From the NCBI GenBank assembly GCA_037128595.1, contig JBAXWB010000008.1, forward strand, positions 5,889 to 69,888: DNA of 64,000 nt. The letters are read 5' to 3'. A program made the position numbers and the translations under genes. This DNA is from a bacterium (lineage in GTDB: Bacteria; Verrucomicrobiota; Kiritimatiellia; CAIKKV01; CAITUY01). Every line of letters begins with the position of its first letter. Positions within the stretch are counted from its first letter, which is position 1. Shown piece after piece: positions 26,937-38,084 of this stretch. Below the pieces are notes generated by a model. That model did no database searches and was not told the DNA's origin. It was given only the letters and a program-made list of their open reading frames with translations.

Positions 26937-27683
26937 TCATACCGCTGTCAAAATTTCAGGGCCATCCTCACAGATCGCCACCGTATGCTCAAAATGCGCC
27001 GATGGCCTGCCATCTGCCGTACAGACGGTCCATCCATCACCCAGCACATTCACGGCGCTGCCTCCCATATTCACCATGGGCTCAATTGCCAGCGTCATGC
27101 CAACCTTCAATTTCGGCCCCGCTCCTGCGGTTCCGAAATTCGGAATTTGCGGATCTTCGTGAAGCTTCCGCCCCACCCCATGTCCGACAAAATCCCGCAC
27201 CACCGAAAACCCCGACTGCACCACGGTCGCTTCCACCGCATGGGAGATATCTCCCAGCCGTTTCCCGGCGCGGGCCTTCTCGATCCCCGCCGCCAGGGCC
27301 TGCTCGGTAGCCCGAACCAACCGAATGATATCCGGATCCGTTACCCCGACCATGACCGTTGTGGCGGTGTCACCAATAAACCCACCAAACATCACCCCGA
27401 CATCCAGACTGACAATCTGACCGATTTCAATCCGGCGATCACCGGGAATCCCGTGAACCACTTCCGAGTCGATCGAAATACACACATTCCCGGGATAGCC
27501 GCGATACCCTAAAAACGCGCTTTTCGCACCCATGGCCGCAATCAACTGGGCGGCCTTGGCATCCAATTCCCGGGTCGTGATTCCCGGCGATACCAGCCGG
27601 GCCAGTTCCTCCCGGATGCATGCCGCGATACGGCCACTTTCCCGCATCTTGCGAATCTCATCCCGATTCTTGAGAATGATCAT
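26937..27683 (-). CDS. map: Type I methionine aminopeptidase
   Basis: 248 aa. MetAP motifs (…VHGIPGDR…FVGHGVG…). Confidence 0.9.
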   Translation of the reverse strand: MIILKNRDEIRKMRESGRIAACIREELARLVSPGITTRELDAKAAQLIAAMGAKSAFLGYRGYPGNVCISIDSEVVHGIPGDRRIEIGQIVSLDVGVMFGGFIGDTATTVMVGVTDPDIIRLVRATEQALAAGIEKARAGKRLGDISHAVEATVVQSGFSVVRDFVGHGVGRKLHEDPQIPNFGTAGAGPKLKVGMTLAIEPMVNMGGSAVNVLGDGWTVCTADGRPSAHFEHTVAICEDGPEILTAV

Positions 27684-28339
27684 GAAGCAATGAGCGGTTT
27701 CGCAACCGCCAGGATCTCCGCCACCGTCGCCTGCCGCTGCCTGGCGGAATCGACACGGACGAGCACGCCTTTTTTCTCGTAATAAGAAATAAGACTTTCC
27801 GTCTGCTTCGTATATACCTCTAAACGGTTCAAAATGGTGGACTCGCTGTCATCGGCCCGCTGATACAACTCGCCGCCGCAGAGATCGCAAATGCCTTCTT
27901 TTTTCGGCGGAATATTGATGACGTGGTAGCTCTGGCCGCATTTGCGGCATACCCGACGCCCCGTCAGGCGGGCCAGCAACAGGTCGCGGGGTGCATCCAG
28001 CAGAAATACCTTGTCGACTTTCGAAGCGTACCGGGCCAGCGTCTCATCCAGCAACCGCGCCTGATCAAGGGTTCGCGGAAATCCATCAAACATATAGGCC
28101 AGGTCCCGCGCCCCCCGCTCCAGACGCTCCCCGACAATGCCGACAATGACATCATCCGGCACCAATTCGCCCCGTTTCATGTAGCCTTCGGCCTGACGTC
28201 CGACAACGGTCCCGTTCTTGACGGCTTCCCGCAGCATATCGCCGGTGGACACATGGATAAACGCGCTCTCATTGCGTATCCCTTCAGCAATGGTCCCCTT
28301 GCCTGCGCCCGGCGCCCCAAGTAAAATAATTGTCTTCAT
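27680..28339 (-). CDS. adk: Adenylate kinase (Zn-lid type)
   Basis: P-loop GAPGAGKGT. Lid CRKCGQSYH…CDLCGGEL. Confidence 0.9.
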   Translation of the reverse strand: MKTIILLGAPGAGKGTIAEGIRNESAFIHVSTGDMLREAVKNGTVVGRQAEGYMKRGELVPDDVIVGIVGERLERGARDLAYMFDGFPRTLDQARLLDETLARYASKVDKVFLLDAPRDLLLARLTGRRVCRKCGQSYHVINIPPKKEGICDLCGGELYQRADDSESTILNRLEVYTKQTESLISYYEKKGVLVRVDSARQRQATVAEILAVAKPLIAS

Positions 28340-28365
28340 TGTCGTGGTCGCTCCAAAATCCGCTG

Positions 28366-29721
28366 TTATCGCCGGCCGTGCAGTTTGCCCTTATGCAGGA
28401 ATCCGTCGTAATGCCGCATGAGTAGATGCGATTCAACCTGACGCATGGTGTCCAACATCACGCCCACGGTAATCAGCAAACTCGTTCCGCCGAAAAAGGA
28501 GGATACCAGCCAGGGGACGCCAAACTGCCGGTTCATTACGGAAGGAATCACCGCAATAATCGTCAGAAAAATCGCACCCGCCAAGGTAATCTTCGTCATG
28601 GTCATATCCAGGAATTCAGCGGTTGGCCCGCCCGGACGGACGCCCGGCACATAGCCGCCATATTTCTTCAAATCATCCGCAATCTGCACCGGATTAAACT
28701 GGGTGGCCACCCAGAAATAGGAGAAAAAGAGAATCATGATGCCATACAGCAGCATATACAGCCCCGTGTCCATCGTCAGACTGTCTGCCATCTTTTGGGC
28801 AAAATCACCAGGGATGCGCCGCAACAGAATCGCGGGGAACATCAGGATCGACTGGGCGAAGATAATGGGCATCACCCCCGAGTAATTAATCCGCAACGGC
28901 ATGAAGGTGCTTTGTCCGCCATAGACCTTGCGTCCCACCACCCGCTTGGCATACTGAATCGGGATCTTGCGTTGCCCCTGTGTCAGCATAATCGTGCCAG
29001 CGACGACTCCGAAGAGAGCGAACACCATCACGACGAGGAATACCGGATTGAATTGACGGAGGCCATCCTCGCCCACGTGAAACATCTGAATGACATAGGC
29101 CACCGCCGCAGGGAGGCGGCTGACGATCCCCTGGGTGATGATCAGCGATATCCCATTCCCGATCCCGCGCTGCGTGATCTGCTCGCCCAACCACATGATA
29201 AAGATGGTCCCGGTCGTCATCGTGACAATGGTCATCAGCTTAAAGCCAATCCCGGGATTTAATACGAGGTTGACTCCTTCCGGGAGCCCGAGCATCGCGG
29301 GATTTTCAAGCGTCGCGCCCATAAACCAGCCTTGGATGACGCACAAAAACACCGTCAGCATACGGGTATACTGCGTCAGCTTCTGACGTCCGGTGTCCCC
29401 TTCCAGCTTCAAGCGTCCCAGCACCGGAACAACCGCGCTAAGCAACTGCAGGATGATGGAGGCGCTGATGTAGGGCATAATCCCCAGCGCGCCCACCGCG
29501 CAATTACTCAATGCCCCACCGCTAAACATATCAAGCAAGCCCAGGACGCCCCCGCCCGAGCTTTTTTCGATATCAGCAACGACACGCTGCAATGCGACTG
29601 CGTCCACCCCGGGAGTCGGGACATGAGCCACCAGGCGGCAAATGAAAATCAGTCCCATCGTAAATAAAATACGGGACCTCAACTCAGGAATCTTGAAGCT
29701 ATTCGTGAACGCAGAAAGCAT
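28366..29721 (-). CDS. secY: Preprotein translocase subunit SecY
   Basis: 451-aa, 10-TM protein in the canonical position between rplO and adk. Confidence 0.9.
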   Translation of the reverse strand: MLSAFTNSFKIPELRSRILFTMGLIFICRLVAHVPTPGVDAVALQRVVADIEKSSGGGVLGLLDMFSGGALSNCAVGALGIMPYISASIILQLLSAVVPVLGRLKLEGDTGRQKLTQYTRMLTVFLCVIQGWFMGATLENPAMLGLPEGVNLVLNPGIGFKLMTIVTMTTGTIFIMWLGEQITQRGIGNGISLIITQGIVSRLPAAVAYVIQMFHVGEDGLRQFNPVFLVVMVFALFGVVAGTIMLTQGQRKIPIQYAKRVVGRKVYGGQSTFMPLRINYSGVMPIIFAQSILMFPAILLRRIPGDFAQKMADSLTMDTGLYMLLYGIMILFFSYFWVATQFNPVQIADDLKKYGGYVPGVRPGGPTAEFLDMTMTKITLAGAIFLTIIAVIPSVMNRQFGVPWLVSSFFGGTSLLITVGVMLDTMRQVESHLLMRHYDGFLHKGKLHGRR

Positions 29722-29739
29722 GTCGCAGTCTCATTTCCC

Positions 29740-30183
29740 TTACGTGACGATCTCACAGGCTCCGCCGGCAGCCTCAATTTTCGCTTTGGCATCGGCGCTG
29801 AACGCGTGAGCCTTGACGATCAGTTTCTTCGTGATCGACCCATTACCCAGGATCTTAATCCCATCCGCCAGCCCGTTGGCCATGCCCTTCGCCTTCATCA
29901 GCTCAGGAGTCACCTCAGTACCGGCCTCAAACACGCTCAACGCAGATACGTTCACGGGCAGGAATTCCTTCCGCGAGATATTCGTAAAGCCCCGTTTCGG
30001 GATACGCCGGATCAGGCGCATCTGACCGCCTTCAAAGCCCAGCTTGTGCTTGTGCCCTGAACGCGCAAATTGTCCCTTGTGACCCCGGCCGGATGTCTTT
30101 CCCAGTCCGGAACCCACGCCCCGTCCAAGACGCTTTCTTGTCGATTTCGCGCCTGTCGTATTTTTCAATGAATGCAAGTTCAT
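29740..30183 (-). CDS. rplO: 50S ribosomal protein L15
   Basis: …[19 protein letters not shown]…. Confidence 0.9.
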   Translation of the reverse strand: MNLHSLKNTTGAKSTRKRLGRGVGSGLGKTSGRGHKGQFARSGHKHKLGFEGGQMRLIRRIPKRGFTNISRKEFLPVNVSALSVFEAGTEVTPELMKAKGMANGLADGIKILGNGSITKKLIVKAHAFSADAKAKIEAAGGACEIVT

Positions 30184-30218
30184 CGTATGTTTTACCTATC
30201 GGATCAAATGATTAGTGA

Positions 30219-30716
30219 TTAGTTCTGCCGAGCCGCCATGATCTCATCCCGAGATCGCAGGGACTCCAACGCGTTGATGGTCGCCTTAACCACGTTAACC
30301 TTGTTTCCGCTGCCCAGAGATTTACCCAGGATATCATGAATCCCGGAGAGCTCCAGCACCGCGCGCATCCCGCCACCGGCAATAACACCGGTACCCTGGG
30401 AGGCGGGCTTCAACAAAATATAACCGCCATCACACTGCCCCGTAACCTCATGCGGAATAGTGCGGTCCTTGAGCGTCACGTGGATCATGCTCCGGCGGGC
30501 GATTTCGCCGCCCTTACGGATCGCGTCCGCCACTTCGTTGGCTTTCCCGAATCCATATCCGACCATTCCATTGCGGTTGCCGACCACGACAATCGCGCTA
30601 AAGCTAAACCGGCGTCCGCCCTTAACCACTTTTGCACAGCGGTTGACAAACACCACACGCTCCTCGACTTCGCCGGAGGAGTCCGAATTATTATCCGCCC
30701 TTGTTCGTTCTTTCAT
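30219..30716 (-). CDS. rpsE: 30S ribosomal protein S5 (start trimmed; no L30 gene between S5 and L15)
   Basis: …[40 protein letters not shown]…. Confidence 0.85.
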   Translation of the reverse strand: MKERTRADNNSDSSGEVEERVVFVNRCAKVVKGGRRFSFSAIVVVGNRNGMVGYGFGKANEVADAIRKGGEIARRSMIHVTLKDRTIPHEVTGQCDGGYILLKPASQGTGVIAGGGMRAVLELSGIHDILGKSLGSGNKVNVVKATINALESLRSRDEIMAARQN

Positions 30717-30741
30717 CACAGTGTGCTCTTGCTTTCTAGGG

Positions 30742-31095
30742 CTAGAATTTAAACCCTGCCTCACGTACGGCATCGGCAATCGCCTTAACCCGGCCATGAT
30801 ACTTATATCCACCGCGGTCAAACACGACGTTTTTGACGCCCATTTCCGTGGCAATTTCTGCCAAACGTTTTCCAAGCAACTTGGCGCCTTCGGTGTTTTT
30901 CTTGCCGACACCATCTTTACCAGATGATGACACCGAGGCCAACGTCACTCCCTTATCATCATCCACAAGCTGCACATAGATATGCTTGTTGGAGACCATC
31001 ACACACAAGCGAGCGCGTTCCGCCGTCCCGGCGATATGCTTGCGAATCCGTGTGTGCCTGCGTGCACGATTTTCTTTTCTGTCGACTGTTTTCAT
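30742..31095 (-). CDS. rplR: 50S ribosomal protein L18
   Basis: Sequence-family match, in the canonical position. Confidence 0.9.
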   Translation of the reverse strand: MKTVDRKENRARRHTRIRKHIAGTAERARLCVMVSNKHIYVQLVDDDKGVTLASVSSSGKDGVGKKNTEGAKLLGKRLAEIATEMGVKNVVFDRGGYKYHGRVKAIADAVREAGFKF

Positions 31096-31098
31096 ACG

Positions 31099-31632
31099 TT
31101 AGGCCACCGTCTTGCCGGCCTTACGCCGGACATGTTCGCCCTTATAACGGATTCCCTTGCCCTTATAGGGCTCGGGCGGATAATAGGAGCGAATACGCGC
31201 TGCAACATCACCCACGAGCTGCTTATCCGCGCCCCCAACCGTTATCACACTATCCTTAACTGCCACTGTAATACCCGCGGGCGCCTCGTGCACCACCGGG
31301 CTTGAATAACCAATATTCATCGTCAGCTTGCTGCCCTGCACGGCCGCACGGAAACCGACGCCCTGAAGTTCAAGTTCAATCGAATACCCCTTGTCCACGC
31401 CCAGGACCATATTCGCCACCAGACTCCGACCCAGTCCATGGAAGCTATGCCCCCGGACTGTGTCTTCGACCGTACTCACGATGATATTTGCATCCTTCAC
31501 TTCCGCCTTGATGGACGGAGGAAGTTTCGTCACCAAGTCACCCTTAGGACCCTTAGCCGATACCGTCCCGCCACTCACGAGGACCGTTACGCCCTTCGGG
31601 ATAGCTATCGGTTTTTTGCCGATTCTAGACAT
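31099..31632 (-). CDS. rplF: 50S ribosomal protein L6
   Basis: MSRIGKKPIAIPKGV…. Confidence 0.9.
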   Translation of the reverse strand: MSRIGKKPIAIPKGVTVLVSGGTVSAKGPKGDLVTKLPPSIKAEVKDANIIVSTVEDTVRGHSFHGLGRSLVANMVLGVDKGYSIELELQGVGFRAAVQGSKLTMNIGYSSPVVHEAPAGITVAVKDSVITVGGADKQLVGDVAARIRSYYPPEPYKGKGIRYKGEHVRRKAGKTVA

Positions 31633-31700
31633 TCTCTTCCCCTATTTAAATTTTGTTACCTGCCGCCCGTTAAGCGGCAGTTATTTCAGAAACGCCTGGT

Positions 31701-32099
31701 TTACCAGATTTGACAGAGCAACTCTCCGCCCACGCGCTTCCGCCGTGCTTCGTTATCCGTCACAATACCGGACGGGGTGCTCAAAATTGATACCCCCATG
31801 CCGCCCAACACCAAGGGGATTTCATCGAAACCCACGTAGCGCCTGAGCCCCGGTTTGCTAACCCGGCGTAACCCCCTGATGGTCGGGTTGCGGCTGGCAT
31901 CATATTTCAATACCACTCTCAACACTTTTTCGCGACCCTGTCCCTCGACGGTGACGTCGCGGACATAGCCTTCCTTCTTCAAAATAACCGCAATCTCGCC
32001 CTTCATCTTAGAATGGCTGATGTCAGTCGTTTTCAAACCCGCACCCGATGCATTCCGGATGCGATTCAACATGTCACTGATAGGATCCGACAAACTCAT
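31701..32099 (-). CDS. rpsH: 30S ribosomal protein S8
   Basis: MSLSDPISDMLNRIRNA…. Confidence 0.9.
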   Translation of the reverse strand: MSLSDPISDMLNRIRNASGAGLKTTDISHSKMKGEIAVILKKEGYVRDVTVEGQGREKVLRVVLKYDASRNPTIRGLRRVSKPGLRRYVGFDEIPLVLGGMGVSILSTPSGIVTDNEARRKRVGGELLCQIW

Positions 32100-32111
32100 A
32101 GGCTCTCCAAT

Positions 32112-32297
32112 TTACCAGCTCGCCTTAATTACTCCGGGGATCATCCCCGTTGATGCCAGTTCCCGGAAGCAAATACGGCATACCTGGAACTTGCGCATAA
32201 AAGCATGTCGTCGCCCGCAGCGTTTACAGCGGTTGTAGCGGCGAGTGCTAAACTTCGGCGTGCGGCTCGCCTTGACTTCCTGTGATTTCTTAGCCAA
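32112..32297 (-). CDS. rpsN: 30S ribosomal protein S14 (short Zn-ribbon type, 61 aa)
   Basis: [23 protein letters not shown]. Confidence 0.9.
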   Translation of the reverse strand: MAKKSQEVKASRTPKFSTRRYNRCKRCGRRHAFMRKFQVCRICFRELASTGMIPGVIKASW

Positions 32298-32320
32298 AAG
32301 AACGTCCTCCCTGCCGTGTT

Positions 32321-32866
32321 CTACTTATTCGACTTCATGAATGGAATACCGACCATCGTGAGCAGTTCACGAGCCCGCGCATCCGTTGACGCCGATGTGA
32401 CAATCGTCACGTTCATTCCCTGCACCTTTTTAACAACATCCGGGTCAATTTCAGGAAAAATTGACTGTTCCTGAAGACCGAAGGTGTAGCTTCCCCGTCC
32501 ATCAAACCCTTTTGCCGGCAACCCGCGAAAATCGCGTATGCGGGGTAAAGCGGCATGAATGAGTCGCTCCATGAATTCATACATCCGGTTGCCGCGAAGG
32601 GTCACCTTCGCACCGACCGGCATCCCCTGGCGCAACTTGAAATTCGAGATACTCTTACGCGCTTTTGTGATGACCGGCTTCTGCCCTGAGATCGTTCCCA
32701 AGTCATCAGAAATGGCGCGAATCTGATCTTTGTCAACCGTGGAGTTGAAGCCCATATTAATGGTGACCTTCAGCATGCGCGGAACATCCATCACATTCTT
32801 GCAGCCCAGCGATTTCATCAACGCGGGCACAACTTCTTCTTTATATTTCGTCTTAAGTCCCGTCAT
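32321..32866 (-). CDS. rplE: 50S ribosomal protein L5
   Basis: Family match, in the canonical position. Confidence 0.9.
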   Translation of the reverse strand: MTGLKTKYKEEVVPALMKSLGCKNVMDVPRMLKVTINMGFNSTVDKDQIRAISDDLGTISGQKPVITKARKSISNFKLRQGMPVGAKVTLRGNRMYEFMERLIHAALPRIRDFRGLPAKGFDGRGSYTFGLQEQSIFPEIDPDVVKKVQGMNVTIVTSASTDARARELLTMVGIPFMKSNK

Positions 32867-32874
32867 AGACCACC

Positions 32875-33186
32875 TTACGAGTCAAATGCTTGGCCGCATT
32901 TTTTGCACTTGCGGATCCGCTTGTCACCCTCGGCCACACGCTTTACGCGGACCGCCTTCTTACACTGCGGGCAGTAGACCATCAGGTTGGCAAGCGCAAT
33001 GGAAGATTCCTTCTGCACGATGCCCCCCTTCGGATTGTCCTGGGACTTCCGAAGATGTTTGGTCACCATGCAAAGTCCCTCAACAATCGCACGATGCTTC
33101 CCAGTCACAATCTGAAGCACCTTTCCCTGCTTACCCTTGTCACGGCCCCGTGTGGCCACAACGATATCGTTTCGTCGGATATTCAT
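32875..33186 (-). CDS. rplX: 50S ribosomal protein L24 (C-terminal CxxC…CxxC motif)
   Basis: KOW region VVATRGRDKGKQGKVLQI. C-terminus VYCPQCKKAVRVKRVAEGDKRIRKCKKCGQAFDS. Confidence 0.85.
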   Translation of the reverse strand: MNIRRNDIVVATRGRDKGKQGKVLQIVTGKHRAIVEGLCMVTKHLRKSQDNPKGGIVQKESSIALANLMVYCPQCKKAVRVKRVAEGDKRIRKCKKCGQAFDS

Positions 33187-33198
33187 ATATTCCTCTTC

Positions 33199-33561
33199 TT
33201 ACAACACTTCGGGGGCGAGTGAGACAATTTTCATATACTTCTCACGAAGCTCACGCGCTACCGGTCCGAAAATACGGGTCCCGATGGGGTTAAGCTTCTC
33301 GTCCACAAGCACCACGGCGTTGTTGTCAAACCGAAGGGCCGAACCATCAGAACGGCGGATCGGCTGGCATGTCCGGACAATAATTGCCCGGCAAACCTGC
33401 CCTTTTTTTACCAATCCCGTCGGCTGGGCCTCTTGGACCGCAACCCGGATCAAATCACCGATGTGAGCATACATCTTACGCTGCCCGATGATCCGGAAGC
33501 AACGCACGCGCCGCGCTCCGGTATTATCTGCAACATCAAGGTTTGTTTCTTCTTGAATCAT
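33199..33561 (-). CDS. rplN: 50S ribosomal protein L14
   Basis: [17 protein letters not shown]…. Confidence 0.9.
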   Translation of the reverse strand: MIQEETNLDVADNTGARRVRCFRIIGQRKMYAHIGDLIRVAVQEAQPTGLVKKGQVCRAIIVRTCQPIRRSDGSALRFDNNAVVLVDEKLNPIGTRIFGPVARELREKYMKIVSLAPEVL

Positions 33562-33575
33562 GGTCGTTCACCCAG

Positions 33576-33860
33576 TTACTGGCGTTTAGCCGTTTCCACA
33601 ATTTCGAGGAGACGCCACCGTTTAAGTTTGCTCAACGGACGCGTCTCAACGATCCGTACCTTATCGCCAACTTTGGCTTTGTTCTCTTCGTCATGCGCAT
33701 GATACTTCTTGGCCTGCGTCATCTCTTTCCCGTAGAGGGGATGACGGGTCGTCCGTTCCACGCGCACCACAATGGTCTTTTGCATCGCCGAGCTGACAAC
33801 AATGCCAGTACGTTCTTTGCGAAGCGCTCGATTGGTTTCCGTGTCTGCCATAATCATCAA
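33576..33860 (-). CDS. rpsQ: 30S ribosomal protein S17
   Basis: Family match. Confidence 0.9.
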   Translation of the reverse strand: MMIMADTETNRALRKERTGIVVSSAMQKTIVVRVERTTRHPLYGKEMTQAKKYHAHDEENKAKVGDKVRIVETRPLSKLKRWRLLEIVETAKRQ

Positions 33861-34054
33861 CCTTGCTGGCGACGCCGTTCGCTCATCACCGTCTGCGCAC
33901 GGGCAATATCCCGACGCAAACTCTTGATACGCGACGGCTGCTCGATCTGGCTCGCCGATTTACGAATTTTCAACGTGCGCAATTCCTTCTCCATGTCGGA
34001 GCATTGCTGCACGAGTTCTTCTTTGTTATTTTCTCTCAGTTTAGCGGCCTTCAT
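33857..34054 (-). CDS. rpmC: 50S ribosomal protein L29
   Basis: 65 aa in the canonical position. Confidence 0.85.
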   Translation of the reverse strand: MKAAKLRENNKEELVQQCSDMEKELRTLKIRKSASQIEQPSRIKSLRRDIARAQTVMSERRRQQG

Positions 34055-34086
34055 AGCGTCCGCACCCCTGTCCTGTTTGGCCCGTA

Positions 34087-34500
34087 TTAGTGGTGCCGTT
34101 TAACAAACATTGTCCGAATCGGCAACTTTGCCGCCGCCAGACGCAACGATTCTTTAGCCAACTGCTCCGAAACACCGTCCACTTCGAACATCATGGTTCC
34201 GGGCAAAATCACAGCGACCCAAAACTCAGGATCACCTTTCCCCTTACCCTGCCGGGTCTCAAGAGGCTTCTTACTCACCGGTTTGTCCGGGAAGATGCGC
34301 AACCACACCTTGCCACGCCGCTTCATATTGCGATTCATGGCCACGCGACAGGCTTCGATCTGGTTGGCTTTAACCCAAGCCCGATCAAGCGCCTTCAACC
34401 CGTACTCACCAAAGGCGAGAGAATTCCCTGATTGCGCGTTTCCCTTGCGGGATCCCCTGTGCACCATGCGGTGCTTCACGCGTTTAGGCATAAGCGGCAT
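34087..34500 (-). CDS. rplP: 50S ribosomal protein L16
   Basis: [16 protein letters not shown]…. Confidence 0.9.
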   Translation of the reverse strand: MPLMPKRVKHRMVHRGSRKGNAQSGNSLAFGEYGLKALDRAWVKANQIEACRVAMNRNMKRRGKVWLRIFPDKPVSKKPLETRQGKGKGDPEFWVAVILPGTMMFEVDGVSEQLAKESLRLAAAKLPIRTMFVKRHH

Positions 34501-35152
34501 TGGATCGTCCCCTTACTGCCTTTTCAGGCTCATCCTTCTCTTTGCAGATCCACGTTTTCACGCCAATTTTACCTGCGGTCGTCTGCGCTTCAGCAAAACC
34601 GTAGTCGATATTGGCACGCAGGGTATGCAGCGGGATCGTTCCCTCCTTATACCATTCCACGCGGGAAAGTTCGGCGCCACCCAGGCGGCCGGACACCTTG
34701 ATCCGGATCCCCTTGACACCCAATTCCATCGCCATCTTGATGGCGCGCTTCATCGCCCGGCGGAACGACACGCGTCGTTCCATCTGCAGCGCCACGCTCT
34801 CAGCCACCAGCTGGGCATTGGTGTCAGGACTCCGGATCTCACGGATCTCGAGGTAGATTTCCTTGCCCGTCAACTTCGCGATTTCCTCGCGAATACGGTC
34901 CAAGTCCTGTCCTTTACGCCCGATGACAATACCCGGTCTGGCGGTACAAATCGTGACTCTAACACGATTCGCGTAGCGTTCAATAATGATCTCGGCAACC
35001 GCCGCTGCATCGAGACGTTTCTTTACAAGATCACGGATCGTCAGATCCTCATTCAGCAGGGTGCCGAACGTGCGCTTATCCGCAAACCAGCGCGACTTCC
35101 AAGCCTTGCTGACCGCAATCCTTAATCCAATCGGATTGATTTTCTGTCCCAA
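34484..35152 (-). CDS. rpsC: 30S ribosomal protein S3
   Basis: [12 protein letters not shown]…KH domain. Confidence 0.9.
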   Translation of the reverse strand: MGQKINPIGLRIAVSKAWKSRWFADKRTFGTLLNEDLTIRDLVKKRLDAAAVAEIIIERYANRVRVTICTARPGIVIGRKGQDLDRIREEIAKLTGKEIYLEIREIRSPDTNAQLVAESVALQMERRVSFRRAMKRAIKMAMELGVKGIRIKVSGRLGGAELSRVEWYKEGTIPLHTLRANIDYGFAEAQTTAGKIGVKTWICKEKDEPEKAVRGRSNAAYA

Positions 35153-35188
35153 AACGATGCTCCTTTCACGTCATCCGGTATTTACCGG

Positions 35189-35524
35189 TCACTTACCATC
35201 CGACAACACGATTGTAATGTGGCTGGTTCGTTTCCGAATCCGGCTCACCATGCCACGCGAACGCGCCCAAAAACGCTTCATCGCAGGACCTTCACCAATC
35301 GTGGCCTCTTTTACTCTCAGGTCGTCAGCCAACAGCTTAGCATTGTTTTCAGCATTTGCGACAGCGGAACGAATTGTCTTCTCCAACTGCCTCGCTGCCT
35401 TACGCTCGCTGAACTCGACCGTCTTAATTGCATCAGCCACAGGCATGCCCTGAATCGCCCGCGCCATATCACGCGCTTTTCGCGGTGACAACCGAACATA
35501 CTTGGTTATTGCTTTAACTTCCAT
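35189..35524 (-). CDS. rplV: 50S ribosomal protein L22 (start trimmed to MEVKAITKY)
   Basis: …KYVRLSPRKARDMARAIQGMPVADAI…. Confidence 0.85.
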   Translation of the reverse strand: MEVKAITKYVRLSPRKARDMARAIQGMPVADAIKTVEFSERKAARQLEKTIRSAVANAENNAKLLADDLRVKEATIGEGPAMKRFWARSRGMVSRIRKRTSHITIVLSDGK

Positions 35525-35534
35525 TAACTCGCTC

Positions 35535-36041
35535 CTAGTTCTTCGATCCGGCAGCCAAAACCACCCGATCCTGAACTTTGGGTAACTCCCGGCCCACATT
35601 CTGAATTACGGCACCGGCGATGGCCGACCGAGAATCCACAACCCGAACCGTCGCCACGGACTTATCCCCACTTATCACATCAAACATCAGCCCGGGTTTG
35701 ACCCCGTCCCGACGTCCTCCGTTGAGGATGACCATGCCCAACTCTTTGTTAACATCCAAAATCAGATATTTCTTATCCCTCAATATCGCCGATCCGCCCA
35801 GTCTTTCACTCGACGTCTCGTCCGCCTCATGGGCCCGGGTTTCCAACCGCGCCTTTAACCCATCACATTCCATTTTCGCCGAAACCAACGCCTCACTCAA
35901 GCTCTGCACCTGGCGTCTCAGGACCTTCACCTCTCCCACGTCCCGATCGTCCTCCGAGGCTGAACACGCCGCCACCAGTACCGCTACGAGTATGCCCGCA
36001 CAGACCAGTCCAGAACTCCTATCCGGGCCGAGCGCGCTCAT
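35535..36041 (-). CDS. Hypothetical lipoprotein (lipobox LVAAC, coiled coil, C-terminal beta-rich domain) inserted between rpsS and rplV
   Basis: 168 aa. Signal peptide ending LVAAC|S. Heptad-rich segment KVLRRQVQSLSEALVSAKMECDGLKARL. C-terminal GMVILNGGRRDGVKPGLMFDVI…VATVRVVDSRSAIAGAV, which is loosely MreC/SAF-like. 10-bp gaps to both neighbours. Confidence 0.5.
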   Translation of the reverse strand: MSALGPDRSSGLVCAGILVAVLVAACSASEDDRDVGEVKVLRRQVQSLSEALVSAKMECDGLKARLETRAHEADETSSERLGGSAILRDKKYLILDVNKELGMVILNGGRRDGVKPGLMFDVISGDKSVATVRVVDSRSAIAGAVIQNVGRELPKVQDRVVLAAGSKN

Positions 36042-36044
36042 CCG

Positions 36045-36326
36045 TTACTTGGCAACAGTTTTATCCGTGTGCGTCCCGTGCTTGCGGAAGATCCGCGTGG
36101 GGGCGAACTCACCCAGGCGATGACCCACCATATACTCCGTAATATAGACCGGCATATGCAATTTGCCGTTATGAACAGCCAGCGTGTGCCCGACGAATTC
36201 GGGGGCAATCATGGAACGGCGTGACCACGTTTTAACAACGCGTTTCTCGCCTGCGCGGTTCATCTTCTCAACCCGCTCCAGCAGCTTTTCATCAACAAAC
36301 GGCCCTTTTTTAAGTGAACGGCCCAT
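36045..36326 (-). CDS. rpsS: 30S ribosomal protein S19
   Basis: [16 protein letters not shown]…. Confidence 0.9.
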   Translation of the reverse strand: MGRSLKKGPFVDEKLLERVEKMNRAGEKRVVKTWSRRSMIAPEFVGHTLAVHNGKLHMPVYITEYMVGHRLGEFAPTRIFRKHGTHTDKTVAK

Positions 36327-36329
36327 GGT

Positions 36330-37154
36330 TTACTTTCTCCGACTAAGAATAAATTTTTTCGACGCCTTCCGTCTCGCCCGAGTCTTTTTGCCCTTCGTGA
36401 GCTGACCCCACGGCGTCACAGGGTGACCACCGCCAGACGTACGACCTTCACCACCACCCATCGGGTGATCCACCGGGTTCATCGCCACACCACGCACGGT
36501 CGGACGAATCCCCTTCCAGCGTTTGCGCCCGGCTTTGCCAAGCTTAACACCATTATGATCAATATTACCAACCTGACCAATCGTCGCCATGCAATTGGCG
36601 TTAATCAACCGGATCTCGCCGGACGGCAACTTCACACTGGCGTAGCCGGTTTCACGGGCCATCAACTGCGCCGTCTGTCCCGCACTGCGAACCAATTGCG
36701 CCCCGCCCCCGACCGTCAATTCAATATTATGGATCGGCAACCCGAGCGGAATTTTAGCCAGCGGCATCATGTTCCCCGTAACCGGCTCGACATCCGGACC
36801 CGACATGACAATCGCGCCGACTTCCAAGCCAGCCGGAGCCAGGATATAGCGTTTTTCCCCGTCCCGATAAGCTAACAGGGCGATATTGGCGGAACGATTC
36901 GGATCATATTCAATGGCCTGAACCTTGGCAGGAATGCCAATCTTATTCCGCTTAAAATCAATCAGACGGAACTTACGTTTATGTCCGCCCCCGCGGTGTC
37001 GGATGGTTACCCGGCCGGCGGAATTACGTCCCGCCTGTGATTTCTGGGCCCGCGTCAAAGACCGTTCGGGCTTGCTCTTCGTAATCTCATCAAACGCAGA
37101 GAGCTTGGTGTTACGCAAACTCGGCGTTGTAGGTTTGTAGCTTTTAAGCGCCAT
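36330..37154 (-). CDS. rplB: 50S ribosomal protein L2
   Basis: 274 aa, family match. Confidence 0.9.
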   Translation of the reverse strand: MALKSYKPTTPSLRNTKLSAFDEITKSKPERSLTRAQKSQAGRNSAGRVTIRHRGGGHKRKFRLIDFKRNKIGIPAKVQAIEYDPNRSANIALLAYRDGEKRYILAPAGLEVGAIVMSGPDVEPVTGNMMPLAKIPLGLPIHNIELTVGGGAQLVRSAGQTAQLMARETGYASVKLPSGEIRLINANCMATIGQVGNIDHNGVKLGKAGRKRWKGIRPTVRGVAMNPVDHPMGGGEGRTSGGGHPVTPWGQLTKGKKTRARRKASKKFILSRRK

Positions 37155-37164
37155 GTCGTGCTTC

Positions 37165-37446
37165 CTATTCCAAATCGATCTTATCGCCAGCCTTCAAGGT
37201 TACCACGGCCCGTTTCCAATCGGCTTTTTTGCCGTAATGAAGGGTCCGCTCACGGCGTTTCTTGCCATCGTAGTTCATGGTGTTGACCTTGACTACCTTA
37301 ACCTTGAAAAAATCTTCAATCGCCAATTTAATCTCAAGTTTGTTGGCCGCCGGGTCCACCTTAAAGAGATACTTGTTCTGGGCAGCCAGCAACGATCCCT
37401 TTTCGGTAATGTGCAATCCCCGTACCGCTGAAAGCGCATTCTTCAT
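37165..37446 (-). CDS. rplW: 50S ribosomal protein L23
   Basis: Family match. Confidence 0.85.
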   Translation of the reverse strand: MKNALSAVRGLHITEKGSLLAAQNKYLFKVDPAANKLEIKLAIEDFFKVKVVKVNTMNYDGKKRRERTLHYGKKADWKRAVVTLKAGDKIDLE

Positions 37447-38084
37447 GATTTACTCCCTGCTTCACCCTCAAGCCGCAAGCGCAGCCCGTCCATGCCGGCA
37501 CGCGTCACCACCGTCACGGGATAGCGGATCAGCTGGAACGTGCTCACGTCTTTGGCCGTCGTCACTTCGACATTAGTTAAATTGCGGAGGGCGCACACCA
37601 GATTTTTGTCCATTACATCAACGACCACCAGCGCGCCTTTTGTCAGACCAAGGGATTTCAGCAAACCTGAAGCTATCTTGGTTTTCGGCTCTGCGAACGT
37701 CAGCTGATCCAGCACCCGGACGCGATCTTCGCGCACGAGATCACTGAACGCCCGGCGGAATGCCAGACGCGCCACCTTGACGGGTACCTTCTTGGCATAG
37801 CTCCGGGGATGCGGGCCATGCGCCACGCCACCACCACGCCACACCGGCGACTGACGATACCCTGCACGGGCACGTCCGGTTCCCTTTTGCTTCCAGGGCT
37901 TCTTGTTGCTACCCGCAACGTCACCCTTACCGAGCGTATTCGCGGTACCGGCACGGATACCGGCCTGATACGCGATCACCACATCATGGACCGCCTGTTG
38001 CCCCTTGGTCGTCAGCAACGCGTCGGGGAAGTCAACCTTCGCCAACGAGGATCCCTTCATATCATAGACTGAAAGCTTGCTCAT
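37443..38084 (-). CDS. rplD: 50S ribosomal protein L4
   Basis: Family match. Confidence 0.9.
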   Translation of the reverse strand: MSKLSVYDMKGSSLAKVDFPDALLTTKGQQAVHDVVIAYQAGIRAGTANTLGKGDVAGSNKKPWKQKGTGRARAGYRQSPVWRGGGVAHGPHPRSYAKKVPVKVARLAFRRAFSDLVREDRVRVLDQLTFAEPKTKIASGLLKSLGLTKGALVVVDVMDKNLVCALRNLTNVEVTTAKDVSTFQLIRYPVTVVTRAGMDGLRLRLEGEAGSKS

